Assembly: GCF_020745735.1 (NCBI RefSeq)
Contig: NC_083409.1
Coordinates: 20,232,341 to 20,296,340 of the forward strand
Direction: 5' to 3'
DNA length: 64,000 nucleotides
Origin: Hemiscyllium ocellatum
Taxonomy: Eukaryota
Position numbers and translations under genes: made by a program. The number at the start of each line of letters is the position of its first letter. Position 1 is the first letter of the stretch. Below are positions 11,501 through 24,100 of the stretch, in pieces. Under the pieces are notes generated by a model. It was not told the origin of the DNA. It was given only the letters and a program-made list of their open reading frames with translations, and made no database searches.

Positions 11501-11879
11501 TTCTTCCCTAAAGTACATCAGTCCTTTATCTCAATATTTCTTTAAAAAAAACCCAGTCACTCACAGATCGGGAGAACTTCATCCGAGAACATTGGAGCAG
11601 ACTGGGATCAACACACTCCAGGAAGGAGTCACGTTGAGTGCCCATGTAGAAGGTTCCATTGGGCTGAGGTCGAGGATGAGGCTGCTCTCATGACCCCATG
11701 ACCCTTGGAAGATGGCAATGCTCTGACAATGGGCAATGGTCAGGATCTGTAGACTGCAATCTCAAAGAAGGACTTACATTTGTGTAGTACCTGTTGCTAC
11801 CTTAGGATGACTAATGCCCCTCACTTCTGATTGTACATAGCAAGATCCCAGCATGCAGTCTGATAATGAGTGGAGAATC

Positions 11880-12290
11880 AGGTTTTCACTGATGTTGATT
11901 GGGAGACAAATATTGACCAGGACACCATGGGGATCTGCCCTGCTCTTCTAATATGCAGTGGCATCTTTCACTGCCCTCGAGAGGGCAGACATCAGAACAT
12001 CCCATCTGAAGACGGTCCCTCAGTGCTGAACCTCTGACAATGCTACACTTCCTCAGTATTGATACACCAACATTGCAACACCCCCTCAGTATGAACGGCC
12101 TGCTAGTGCAGCACTCCCTTAGTACTGAACCGTCTAATAGTCCTGCACTCCCTCAGTGCTGAGACTCAGATTGTGCTGTACTCCCTCAGTACTGACCCCC
12201 TGACAGTGCTGCACTCCCTCAGTACTGACCCCCTGACAGTGCGGCAATCCCTCAGCACTGCACTGCACTCTCAGCCTGGATAATTTGCTT
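11880..12290 (+). mobile_element. Deu-domain SINE (SacSINE1/AmnSINE1-like) with an internally amplified ~33-bp unit
   Basis: GAGAGGGCAGAC...CATCTGAAGACGG followed by about 8 copies of GCACTCCCTCAGTACTGACCCCCTGACAGT, ending CACTGCACT..TCAGCCTGGAT. Confidence 0.6.
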
Positions 12291-12634
12291 CAGTGATAGA
12301 ATCATGTTATGATGGAATCTGAACAATGTTGTTGCAGGCCATTCACCCCAATAAGTTCACACCAATACTCTGAAGAGCATCCCACCCAGATCCAAACCAT
12401 GACTCTATCCCTGTAACCCTCCATTTTCTAATGGCTCATCCACCCAGTCGTCTACATTGTGAGTGGGAGGGGAGCGTGCTCCCCACTGAGACCAGGCTGA
12501 CACCTACCGGTCCAACAGCCTGTCTTGCTTCCCCATCCCAGCCCACACTTGGAGGAACGTGACCACCTGGGGAGGCTGGAGCTATTTCCCAACCAGAGAT
12601 AGTGCCTTCAGGAGAGAGATGGTGAACAGATGAT

Positions 12635-12637
<3 letters not shown>

Positions 12638-12700
<63 letters not shown>
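12638..12700. repeat. (GT)n microsatellite, ~31 units
   Basis: Uninterrupted TG dinucleotide run. Confidence 0.98.
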
Positions 12701-12702
<2 letters not shown>

Positions 12703-15700
12703 TGGGGGTGGGTGTGGGTTGGGGGCCCTTTGCTGCTGAAACACTTGCTGCCTTCTCAGTCACGTCTGAGACACATACGGATACATCAGACACACAGGAG
12801 GCAGCTTTCTGTGGATGTTCTCCTGGGGGAGATCTCATCAGTCATGGAGCTATGGTCAGTAACAGTGTAAGCTGTGCTGCTAAGAGGTGGGCACTGTGGA
12901 GTGTGGAGTGTTTTATTTCCCCCCCGACTCTGTTTTGATTCACTCCCTGCCCTCCCCTTCACTGTTGGATCATGTAGCATTGGCCTTTGATGTGAAGGAC
13001 ACTGCTTGTCACTGGCCACTTGGGTATTTCCTTTCTTCCTGGAGGTGGAAAATGAATAAAGACTTCTACACTTGTCATTTTTCACCGTGTCTCACACCTG
13101 CACATTCACAATGTGGGTGCTGGGGAAAAATTATGCACCACCATTGTTAGGCAGCTGTGTGGGGTTATAGAAAAGAAAAAAAAATTAAAAACTGTGCTGC
13201 CCTGAAAGCCTGAGTCTGCATCTCAGCTCGGAAGGATATCAGCTAATTCATCAAAATTGGTCCTGCCCCTCCGCAGCCTAGGCAGGCTGCCTCTGCCTTT
13301 CCATCACTCCCCGGATTCCCTTGTGCCACAGCTCATTCTCCTGAGAGTTGGCTGTACTCAGGCCCAGCACATAATCTTGTCCCACGGTCAGATCCTCTTC
13401 GAGAAACTCATGGCTCACCACTGCCATCTCCTGGGCAATTGGAGAAGGGTAATAAATAGCAGACAGGTCAATACATTCTCCATCCCCAGAGAAATCAAAA
13501 TAAAGGATGTAGAATTCAAATGATCAAACTGGTGGAAGATGGAGTGGATCAACTCCGTGATTAAATTTCACCTGATAATTGCTGTATTAAGTTCAAGGTG
13601 AACTTAAGGTGGTCTCTGCTGAATTCAGATCAATTTTCAAGGTTAACTTTCTCTCCAAACTGATTCTAATTTGAGTGTTGCTGAAAAACAAAACATTTTG
13701 TTGGAGATTTTTGTCTTGCATGCATCAGGACAATTTGCAAGAAATACCATTGAATAGGAAAACAATATTTGAACTGGCGTGTTCATAGTGACAACACCTC
13801 AATCTGTCAGCACTTTCCTCTCATGCAATATAAATGTTGCCTTTTTTTCTTTCGATTGGAATTTTGCAATTGCCCTGATGAGGGAAAAATGAAAAGCTTC
13901 CACAATATTCTCAAATAATTATTTGATCGTAATTTACTCTTTTGCTTCAGACCTGTTCAATTTCCAAGGAGTAATTCTGCCCCATTTTGAATGGAGGACT
14001 CAGTTCATCAGCACTCACTAAATTCCAATCTCTGCATCAAAATATTTTTCCTGATCTCCTTCCTGTACCTGGTGTTTGACCACAGAATGTATCATTTTGC
14101 CTTTCAGTTTGCCATCATTGACAGAAAATCTACATTTACTGTGTTGATTTCATTAAGGAATTTTGAATATCAGAATTCCCTTCATCCCTCCTCGAGATCC
14201 TGTTCTGGTGTTTCCTTGTAACCTAGATCCCCTATCCCTGGACCATTCTGCATTGTACCTCATAGAAGTCCCTAACTATCCACCATATTCCAGATGTGAC
14301 CTAACCATTCTTCAGTACAGCTGTCCTGGCCACTCTCCCCTCCATCTCCTCACTCTCAATATTCATTCCACAATCCCAGTGGAATTTCCCAAGTCTTATT
14401 CTGAAAATTTTCCCAATTTTAAGCATTTATGTCACTGGCCATCCTTTCTTACCCACTGCAGTACATTGTTTACAATATGAGCTGCACTTCATCATTTATT
14501 GTTCTGAATCATTACAAGCAGGAAAGCTTCTTGCCAACTCTCAGTAGAGAAACTCAATTAATCCCATTGCCCTGCTCTATCCCAATCGCTTTAATTGTAT
14601 TTCTGGTGTATTCAACAACATCTGTATTAGAGTCTTACGCCCACTAATGGCTTTTTTTCGTCTCTTGAGTTCTTCCTGATAAATTGTTTTTTTTTTGCAG
14701 TTTAGTGACATTGTCTTTGTACCCGTTTGTTAGACCTTTGCAATTCATATTGTGCCTGATCCCAGTGCCAGTCGTTGGGGCACTCCACCTTGTAATCTGA
14801 AAAAGCAGGCTCCAGTCTTTCAAAGAGATTGATTCAAGCCTCCCCCAGGTTAATCTTTTGAATTGTCCCTCATTCATTTTGATTTCTCCTGGGATGGGGC
14901 AAGCGTTGATGTGTCTGCTATTGGTTGCCCTTCCCTAATTGTCCTGGAGAGGGCGGTGGTGAGCAATTTAATATCTGGGAAGGATGGCGCTGGGATGTGT
15001 CCAAATAAAAACCATGAAACTCAATGTCATTTTATGTATGTTCTTTAGGCAAGGGAATCCAGTCATCACCCAGACTGTGATTCCAGTCCCACAGTGACAT
15101 GACTCATTCTTCACGGCCCCATGATCTGGCTCAGCATAAAACTCAGTCCGAACTGCTGGAGATGGGCAATAAATATGAGGCTTGCCAATGACATTAACAC
15201 CCTGAGAAGGAATAATGCTGCTCTTTGCTATCTGCCTTTTATCCTCTGAGCCACCACACTCTCGCTGTTAAGGGTCTCTAATCCTCTCACATTAATATAT
15301 TAAATGATGGCAATATGTGAAGAGCTTTTATTTTGAATTGTCAGTTCTCTTTTCCCATGCCTCTCTCCCCTTCAGGGGGGAGGGAGGGAAAACAGCTTTT
15401 GAACTAGGATACTTATCACAGCCCAATGAAAATGTCTCCTGTGATATGATTATCTTCACAGTGTGCTGTTTTGTTCATTCTGTGATACACATAGGCAACG
15501 TCAGTATTGAGAGGGACAAAGTATATTTCCTCCTCTAACCCCTTTCAAACACACCCTCTCCATCTTGCTTTACTCTTATTGACTCTTCTACAATTGTCCC
15601 TGTTCCCTCACTCTGTCCCGATCCCAAAGGGATTGATGGCTGGAGTTCATGACCCCGCACTGTGTGAAGGTTGGTGTGAAGTGAGGCCAGTGTGTTGGAG

Positions 15701-15845
15701 CTTGGGCTCCTCCCTCAGGCCCAGGTGTAGGGGCTTGTTCAACAATCTGCACATTGTCCTTTTTCTCTTTCTGAATGAACTGAATCAAGTTGCAGTAACT
15801 TGCTGGCAACAAGTTGTCTTGTCTAAAATGTTCCCAGCATTGGAT

Positions 15846-16930
15846 ACAGAATTGGCTGTGTTGGAGGAGACAGAGGGCAGTGATGGGGGGATGGTTTTCA
15901 GAATGGAGGTCTAGTGGTGTTTTACAGGGTTCAGTGGTGGGAACTCTGCTCTTCATGGTCTGCATAAATGATTTGGAGGAAGGTGTAGCTGGTCTAATTA
16001 AAAAGTTAACAGTTGATACAAAGATTGGTAGAGTTTCAGATAATGAGAAGGATTGTCAGAGGATACAGCAGGATAGAGATCAGTTGAATGCATGGACAGA
16101 AAAATGGCAGATGTAGTTTAATCCAGACAAATGTGAGGTGATGCATTTTGAAAGGTGATGTACAGATGGGAATTATACAGTGAATGGCAGAATCCTTTGG
16201 AGTATTGATATGCAGAGGGATCTGGGTGTGCATGTTCACAGATCACTGAAGGTGGCAGCACAGGGAGGTAAGGGTTGTGAAAAAGGCTTATGGCCTGCTT
16301 GCCTTCATTGGAAGGGGCATTGAGTGTAAGGATAAACGAGTTATGCTGCAGCTTTATTGAACATTAATTAGGCCACACTTTGAATATTGTATACAGTTCT
16401 GGTCACCACACTATCAGAAGGATGTGGATGTTTTGAAGATGGTGCAGAAAATGTTTACCAGGATATTGTCTGGTATGGGGGATTTTAGTTCTGAAGAAAG
16501 GTTGGAGAGACTGGGTTTGTTTTCACCAGAATGAAGGAAAATGAGGTGTGACCTCAAAGAAGTTTATTAAGTTTTGAATGGCATAGGTAGAGTGGATAAT
16601 ATGAGGCTTTTTCCCAGAATGGAGGAGTCACTTACTCGGGGACAGAGGTTCAAGGTGCAGGGGGAGGGGGGAATTTAAAAGAGATGTGCATGGCAAGTAT
16701 TTCACACAAATGAAGTTGAGTACCTGGAACACACTGCCAGAGGACAGGGTGGAAGAAGACACAATAGAAGTATTCAAGAAATACCTGCACTAATGCATGA
16801 ATAGAAGGGAATAGAGGGATATGAATCCTGTAGGTGAATACAGTTTCAGTGAGGAAGGGCAAAATGTATCAGCACAGGCTGGGAGGACCGAAGGGTCTGT
16901 TTCTGTGCTGTATTGTTCCTTGTTCTTTGA
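15846..16930 (+). mobile_element. 5'-truncated CR1 LINE
   Basis: SGVLQGSVVGTLLFMVCINDL...TVDTKIG (RT), plus CR1 C-terminus and 3' tail GGACCGAAGGGTCTGTTTCTGTGCTGTA. Confidence 0.9.
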
Positions 16931-17072
16931 TCCCTGCTGTTGAATTGGATTCTCGGGAGCCAGCTCCATATGAAGAGCCTGTTCTCATTCTTTTGTTGGA
17001 GTTCATGGGGCAGCTGCTGCTTCCTTGCTACGTCACTGATCAAACCAACAATGGGGAAAGCCTCTTGATATT

Positions 17073-17896
17073 CAAAGTTTGGGAGAAGATTTGTAGCTCG
17101 GGTGCTCGTTGTTGTGGTTCTGTTTGCTGAGCTGGGATTTTGTGTTGCAGACGTTTCGTCCCCTATCGCGGTGTCATCCTCAGTGCTTGGAAGCCTCCTG
17201 TGAAGCGCTTCTGTGATGTTTCCTCCAGCATTTATTGTGGTTTGAATCTGCTGCTTCCGGTTGTCAGTTCCAGCTGTCCGTTGCAGTGGTCGGTATATTG
17301 CATCCAGGTCGATGAGCTTATGGGTTGAATCTGTGGATGAGTGCCATGCCTCAAGGAATTCCCTGGCTGTTCTCTGTTTGGCTTGTCCTATAATAGTAGT
17401 GTTGTCCCAGTCGAAATCATGTTGCTTGTCATCTGCGTGTGTGGCTCCTAAGGATAGCTGGTCCTACTACATAGGACAAACAGGAAGACAGCTAACGATC
17501 CGCATCCATGAACACCAATTAGCCACGAAACGACACGACCAGCTATCCTTAGTAGCCGCACACGCAGATGACAAGCAACATGAATTCGACTGGGACAACA
17601 CTACTATTATAGGACAAGCCAAACAGAGAACAGCCAGGGAATTCCTAGAGGCATGGCACTCATCCACAGATTCAATCAATAAGCACATCGACCTGGACCC
17701 AATATACCGACAACCGCAGTGGACAGCTGGAACTGACAACCGGAAGCGGCAGATTCAAACTACTACAAATGTCAGAGGAAACATCACAGAAGTGCTTCAC
17801 AGGAGGCTCCCAAGCACTGAGGATGTCACCTAGACAGGGACGAAACGTCTGCAACACAAATTCCCAGAACAGAATCGGCGAACAGAAGCACAAGAT
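17073..17896. mobile_element. Penelope-like element (second family): GIY-YIG 3' half with an inverted terminal copy
   Basis: From 17462 the + strand reads YYIGQTGRQLTIRIHEH...FDWDNTTIIGQAKQRTAREFLEAWHS. 17087-17460 is the reverse complement of the right part. 12-bp TSD CCTCTTGATATT at 17061-17072 and 17897-17908. Confidence 0.9.
17814..17852 (+). ncRNA. Minimal type I hammerhead ribozyme motif
   Basis: GCA-CUGAGGA-U-GUC(A)CCU-AGAC-AGG-GAC-GAAA-CGUC/UGC: conserved core, paired stem II, palindromic ACGU stem III and a 3-bp stem I. Predicted cleavage after C17849. A variant copy lies on the minus strand at 17147-17186. Confidence 0.7.
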
Positions 17897-18495
17897 CCTC
17901 TTGATATTTTAAATACACTGTCTGCAAGAAAATGCTTGGCAGAGGTTTTAACATTGTTTAATAAGACAAAGATGTAAATACACCAATTTGTTTACAGCTA
18001 TGAGCGTTTAACATCATGGTCCTTGTTTTAATGGACCCTCCCTCATGGCAATACATTTTACAATGTTTCTCTCCCCTTACATGTTGTGAAGAGGTTTGCA
18101 AACGTGTCTTGATGAGGACAGTGCATCTTCAACACCGTTTGGTGGAGTGGTTGTCTGTTTGAATTCTCACTTGTGATAATACAGTTTTAAATGCGTCAGG
18201 GTTACTTTCCCCGCTGTCTGGGGGTGTCGCTGTCACTATCCCCACTCCACCCTTCCCTCTTGAGGTAATACTATTTTTCACATCATTTTGGACACATTTG
18301 GAGGGGAGCGACTTACCAGGGCCATTCAGTGGGGTGCAGGTCTCTGGCACAGAGTCTGACCCTGTTGCACAGAAGGAAAGGAGAGAAAGGAGGAGAGCGT
18401 TAGTCATTGGGGACTCAATAGTTCGAAGGTCAGATAGAAAGTTTGTTGGGAATGAATGAGACTCATGTTTGGCGTGTTGGACCCAGGTGCCAAGG

Positions 18496-19899
18496 CTGAA
18501 AATGTGTTGCTGGAAAAGCGCAGCAGGTCAGGCAGCATTCAAGGAGCAGGAGAATCGCTGTTTCGGGCAAGAGCCCTCCTTCGGGAATGAGGAAAGTGTG
18601 TCCAGCAGGCTAAGATAAAACGTAAGGAGGAGGGACTTGGGGGAGGGGCGTTTGGAAAAGCGATAGGTGGAAAGAGGTTAAGGTGAGGGTGGTAGGCCAG
18701 AGTAGGGGTGAGGGCGGAGAGGTCAGGAAGAAGATTGCAGGATAGGAAGGCGGTGCTGAGTTCGAGGGTTGAGACTGAGACAAGGTGGGGGGAGGGGAAA
18801 TGAGGAAACTGGAGAAGGAGGCCATCTGGATTGTATGGTATTCCTTCTTCAAAGACCGCAATTTCCTGCCAGACGTGATCGACGATGTTCTCCACCGCAT
18901 GTCCTCCACTTCCCGCTCCTCCGCCCTTGAGCCCCGCCCCTCCAATCACACAGGGCAGAACCCCACTGGTCCTCACCTACCACCCCACCAACTTCCATAT
19001 ACATCGTATCATCCGTTGTCACTTCCGCCACCTCCAAATGGACCCCACTACTAGGGATACATTTCCCTCCCCTCCTCTCCCCTATCAGTATTCCAAAAAG
19101 ACCACTCCCTCCGTGACTCCCTCGTCAGGTCCACACCCCCCACCAACCCAAACTCCACTCCCGGCACCTTCCCCTCCAATCACAAGAAATGCAAAACTTG
19201 CGCCCACATCTCCCCCTTACTTCCCTCCAAGGCCCCAAGGGATCCTTCCATATCCTCCACAAATTCACCTGCACCTCCACACACATCATTTACTGTATCC
19301 GCTGCACCTGATATGGCCTCCTCTATATTGGGGAGACAGGCCACCTACTTGCGGAACGTTTCAGAGAACACCTCTGGGACACCCAGACCAACCAACCCAA
19401 CCACCCCGTGGCTCAACACTTCAACTCCCCCTCCCACTCCACCAAGAGCATGTAGGTCCTTGGACTCCTCCATCGCCAGACCATAGCAACACGACGGCTG
19501 GAGGAAGAGTACCTCATCCTCTGCCTAGGAACCCTCCAACCACAAGGGATGAACTCAGATTTCTCCAGTTTCCTCATTTCTCAGACCCAACCCTCGAACT
19601 CAGCACCACCTTCCTAACCTGCAATCTTCTTCCTGACCTCTCTGTCCCCACCCCCACCCTCGCCTATCACCCTCACCTTAACCTCCTTCCACCTATCGCG
19701 TTTCCAATGCCCCTTCCCCAAGTCCCTCCTCCCTACCTTTTATCTTAGCCTGCTTGGCACACTTTCCTCATTCCTGAAGAAGGGCTTATGCCCGAAATGT
19801 CGATTTTCCTGCTCTGTGGATGCTGCCTGACCTGCTGCGCTTTTCCAGCAACACATTTTCAGCTCGGATCTCCAGCATCTGCAGTCCTCACTTTCTCCT
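18496..19899 (+). mobile_element. 5'-truncated Penelope element with inverted 5' pseudo-LTR
   Basis: GIY-YIG IYCIRCT*YGLLYIGETG...LEEEYLILCLGTLQPQGMN. 18496-18780 is an inverted copy of the 3' end. TSD CCAGGTGCCA(A/G)GG at 18483-18495 and 19900-19912. Confidence 0.9.
19770..19805 (+). ncRNA. Hammerhead ribozyme motif in the Penelope pseudo-LTR (CpG-decayed stem III)
   Basis: AUUC-CUGAAGA-A-GGGC-UUAU-GCCC-GAAA-UGUC/GAUU. Confidence 0.6.
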
Positions 19900-21514
19900 C
19901 CAGGTGCCAGGGTCTATGATGTCTTGGATCTTGTCTTTAGGGTCCTGAAGGGAGAGCGTGACCAGACTCAAGTCGTGATATAGGTAGAAAGAGAGATAGG
20001 GATGTAAAGCATGATTTCAGGGAGCTAGGGTGGAAGCTGAGAGCTATAAAAAAGAGTTGTTATCTCTGGTTTGTTACCTGTGCCACGTTATAGCAAGGCA
20101 AGGAATAGGGAGAGAGGTCAGCTGAACGTGTGGCTGCAGGGATGGTGCAGGAGAGGGTTTCAGGTGTATGAATAATTGGGGCACACTTTGGGGAAGGTAG
20201 AACCTCTACAAACAGGATGGTCTTCACTTGAACCAGAAGGGTACTAATATCTTGGGTGGGAAATTTGCTGGTACTATTCTGGTGGGTTTAAACTACCACA
20301 GCAGGTGGATGGGAACCTGAGGTGTCGTTCCAGTGCACAGGAGGATGAGAGAAGGGAGGGCATGGACAGGATTTCACGGTCACAGGAATGTGCTGGCAGA
20401 CAACGAAGTGATTTGAAATGTGTCTACTTCAACGCTAAAAGTATCTGAAATAAGGTAGGTGAGCTTGCAGCATGGATAGACACCTGGGATTTCAAGGTTG
20501 TGGCCATGTCGGAGACATGGATAGAGCAGAGTCAGGAATGGATGTTGCAGGTTCCAGGTTTTTGATCTTTCATTAAGAACAGGGAAAAAAGTAAAAGAGG
20601 GGAAGGTGTGACCTTGTTAGTCAAGGACGGTATAACGTTGGCTGAAAGAATTTTTGACAAGGACTCATCTACTGAGGTGGTATGGGCTGAGGTAAGAAAC
20701 AGGATGAGAAGGCACACTGCTGGGAGTTCTTTACAGGCCTCCACAGAGTTCCAGGGATGTGGAGGAGAGAATCGACAAAATAATTCTGGGTAAGAGCGAA
20801 AGGAACAGAGTGCTCATTACGGAGGACTTTAATGTCCCCAACATTGACTGGAAATGCTAGAACTCTAATATATCAGATGGATCAGTTTTTGTCCAAATTG
20901 TACAGGAGGGTTTCCTGACACAGTATGTCGAAGGGCCGACAAAAAGAAAGGCCACAGTGGGTCTGGTGCTTGATAATGAACCAGGCCTGGTGTATGATTT
21001 AGTGGTAGGAAGACACTTTGGTGAGGGTGACCATAATTCAGTTCCATTTAGTTTAGTGATGGAAACGGATAGATACATGCCACAGGGCAACAGTTATAGA
21101 TGGGGGAAGGGTAATTATAATGCGATTAGGCAAGACTTAGGCTACATAGAATAGGGTAGCAAGATGCAGGGGATGGGGACAATCAAAATGTGGAGCTAGT
21201 TTAAGGAATAGATATTGCGTGTCCTTGATAGGTATGTCCCTGTGTGGCAGGGGGGAACTGATAAGGTAAGGGATCCGTGATTTACTAAAGACATTGCATC
21301 TCTTGTTAAGCAGAAGAAGGAGGCCCCTGTGACAATGAGATGAGATGATTCAGATGAGGCAATCGAGAGTTACGGATTAGCTAGGAATGAGTTAAAGAGA
21401 GAGTTAAGAAGAGCAAAGAAAGGACATGAACAGTCTTTAGTATGTAGAATAAAGGAGAACCCTAAAACTTTCTATAGACATGTGAAGAATAAAAGGATGA
21501 CTAGGGTAGGAATA

Positions 21515-21736
21515 CGCAAAAGTGAGGAGTGCAGATGCTGGAAACCAGTGTTTAGATCAGAGTGGTACTGGAAAAGCACAGCAGGTCAGGCAGCATCCGA
21601 GGAGCAGGAAAATCGATGTTTCGGGCAAAAGCCCTTCATCAGGAATAGATGAAGGGCTTTTGCCCGAAACGGCGACTTTCCTTGCTCCTAAATGCTGCCT
21701 GACCTGCTGTGCCTTTCCAGGACCACTCTGATCTAA
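21515..21736. mobile_element. Palindromic Penelope-derived mini-element inside CR1
   Basis: Inverted arms centred on CCCTTCATCAGGAATAGATGAAGGG. 15-bp TSD ACTAGGGTAGGAATA at 21500-21514 and 21737-21751. Confidence 0.9.
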
Positions 21737-23619
21737 ACTAGGGTAGGAATAGGGCCAGTCAAAGACAGCAGTGGGAAGTTGTGTGTGCACCCTGTGGAGA
21801 TCGGAGAGGTGCTAAATGACTACTCCTCATCTGTTTTCACTCAAGAAAAGAAGAATATTGTCGAAGAGAAGAATGAGATATTAGACTAGAAAGGATTGAG
21901 ATTAGTAAAGAAGAGATGTTATCAATTCTGATAGGAGTAAAAGTAGACAAGTTCCCTTGGCTGGATGGGATAAATTTTCGGATTCCCTGGGAGCCTTTGG
22001 CTTTGATCTTTGAGTTGTCATTGTCTGCAGGTTTAGTACCAGAGGACTGGAGGATTGCAAATGATATGCCCTTGTTCAAGAATGGCAGTAGAAATGACCC
22101 AAGTAATTATAGACCAGATAGCCTTACATCTATTGCAGGAAAAGTTTTGAAAAGGATTATAAGAGGTAAGATTTATAATCAGCCCGCAAGCAACAATTTG
22201 ATTGCAGATAGTCGACATAATTTCATCAAGGGCAGGTCTTGTCTCACAAACCTCGCTGAGTTTTTTGAGAAGGTGATCAAGATGAGGGTAGGGCAGTTCA
22301 CGTAGCACACATGGACTTCAGTAAAGCCTTTGATAAAGTTCCACAAGGTAGGCTGTTGGAGAAAATGCAAGGCATGGGATTGAGGGTGATTCAGCAGTTT
22401 GGAGTAGTAACTTGCTTTCTGTAAAAAGGCAGCGAGTGGTGGTTGATGGAGAATATTCAGCCTGAAGTTCGGTGACTAGTGGTGTTCCATAAGGATCTGT
22501 TTTGGGACCTGTTTGTCATTCTTATAAATGACTTGGATGCAGGCAGTGGTCGATTTGTTAGTAATATTGCAGATGACACTAAAGTCAGTGGAGTAGTGGA
22601 TAGTGTGGAAGAATGTTGCAGGTTGCAAGGGGACTTGGATAATTGGGCTGAGAGGTGGAAAATGGAATTCAATGCAGATAAATATGAGGTGATTCACTTT
22701 CGGAAGAATAACAGGAAAGCAGAATGCTGGGTCAATGGAAAGATTCTTGGTAGTGTGGATATGCAGAGGAATCTTGGAGTGCATGTACATAGATCACTGA
22801 AAGTTACCATCCAGGTTGATAGTTCTGTTAGGAAGGCACAAGGTGGGTTAGGTTTTGTTGGTAGAGGGATTGAGTTCCAGAGCCATGATGTCATGCTGCC
22901 ACTGTACAAAATGCTAGTGTGACCTCACTTGGAATATTGTGTACAGTTCTGATCGCCCCATTACAGGAAGGATGTGGAAGCATTGGAAAAGGTGTAGAGG
23001 AGATTTACCAGGATGTGCCTGGTCTGGAGGGAAGGTCTTAGGAGGAAAGGCTGAGGGACTTGGGTCCATTCTCATTGGAGAGAAGAAAGCTAAGAAGGAT
23101 TTAACAGAGACATACAAGATGATCAAAGGATTAGGTAGGGTGGACAGTTAGAGTCTTTTTCTAAGCATGATAATGTTGGCGTGTACAAGCGGGCATAGCT
23201 GCAAATTGAGGGGTGATAGATTTAAGTCAGATGTCAGAGGCAGGTTCTTTACTCAGAGAGTGGTAAGGGCAGGGAATGCCCTACTTGCCAATGTAGTTAA
23301 CTCAGCCACATTAGGGAGATTTAAACTGTCCTTGAGTAAGCATATGGGTGATGTTGGGATAATGTAGGGGGATGAGCTTAGATTAGTTCACTGGTCGGCA
23401 CAACATCAAGGGTAGAAGAGCCTGTTCTGCGCTGTATTATTCTATGTTCTATGTTCTGCAAATGTGGCTAATTTTGGTTAAGTACAGTTTTGCATACTTT
23501 GCTTAGTTCAGCTCTTTTGACCACTGTTCATTATTGCAGGGTCACACTTTCTAGAGTGTTACTGCATTCAGTTGTGTACTGTTGTGTTCTGGGAGTCATG
23601 CTCGGGAAAGCATGTAAAC

Positions 23620-24100
23620 ACATTGGAGAGAGTCCAGAAGTGATTTACACGAATATTCCAGGGATGAGGTACTTCAATTGGGAAGAAAGATGGAAGATAT
23701 TGAGACTGTTTTCCTTGGAGAGTTGAAGGCTGAAAGGAGATTTGATTGAAGCTTTCAAAATCATGGAGGGTCTGGACAGAGTGACTAGGGAGAAAGTGTT
23801 ACCGCTCCTAAAAGGATCAAGCATGAGGGGGTACAGATACAAGGTTATTCACAAAGAAACAAAATCAACGCAAGAAGAAAATCTGATCACACAGCAAGCA
23901 ATTAGGATCTGGAATGCACAGCCTGGAATTGTGGTGGAAGCAGGTTCACGTGGAGTACTGGACCGTTGGTTAAACAGAAACAATGTCTGGGGTCATTGAG
24001 AAGAGGCAGGAAATTGGCATTGAGTCATAACACTCATTCAGAGAGCTAGTACATACTCGATGGACCAAAGGACATCTCCTACGCCGTGACAACTTCATGA
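23620..24100 (+). mobile_element. CR1 3' fragment
   Basis: IEAFKIMEGLDRV...QQAIRIWNAQP. Confidence 0.75.

Larger units (their letters stand above)
15410..18190. repeat. Arm 2 of the inverted duplication, interrupted by CR1 and Penelope insertions
   Basis: Homology to 7550-8370 resumes on both sides of the 15846-16930 CR1 and the 17073-17896 Penelope insert (e.g. GAGCCAGCTC, CAGCTGCTGCTTCCTTGCTA, GATGAGGACAGTG, TCTTCAACACCG). Confidence 0.85.
18280..23457 (+). mobile_element. Near full-length degenerate CR1 LINE (ORF1 esterase, ORF2 APE-RT) with two nested Penelope inserts
   Basis: ORF1 VIGDSIVR (SGNH esterase); APE CVYFNAKS...SDHN; RT ADDTKVSG; 3' tail (TTCTATG)n. Many stops. Confidence 0.9.

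Noticed and set aside
12012-12275. Regularly spaced ~33-bp repeats superficially like a CRISPR array
   Set aside because: Head-to-tail degenerate units without unique spacers, inside a vertebrate SINE; no cas genes.
12436-12938. HT/CV-repeat ORFs
   Set aside because: Translations of the (GT)n microsatellite.
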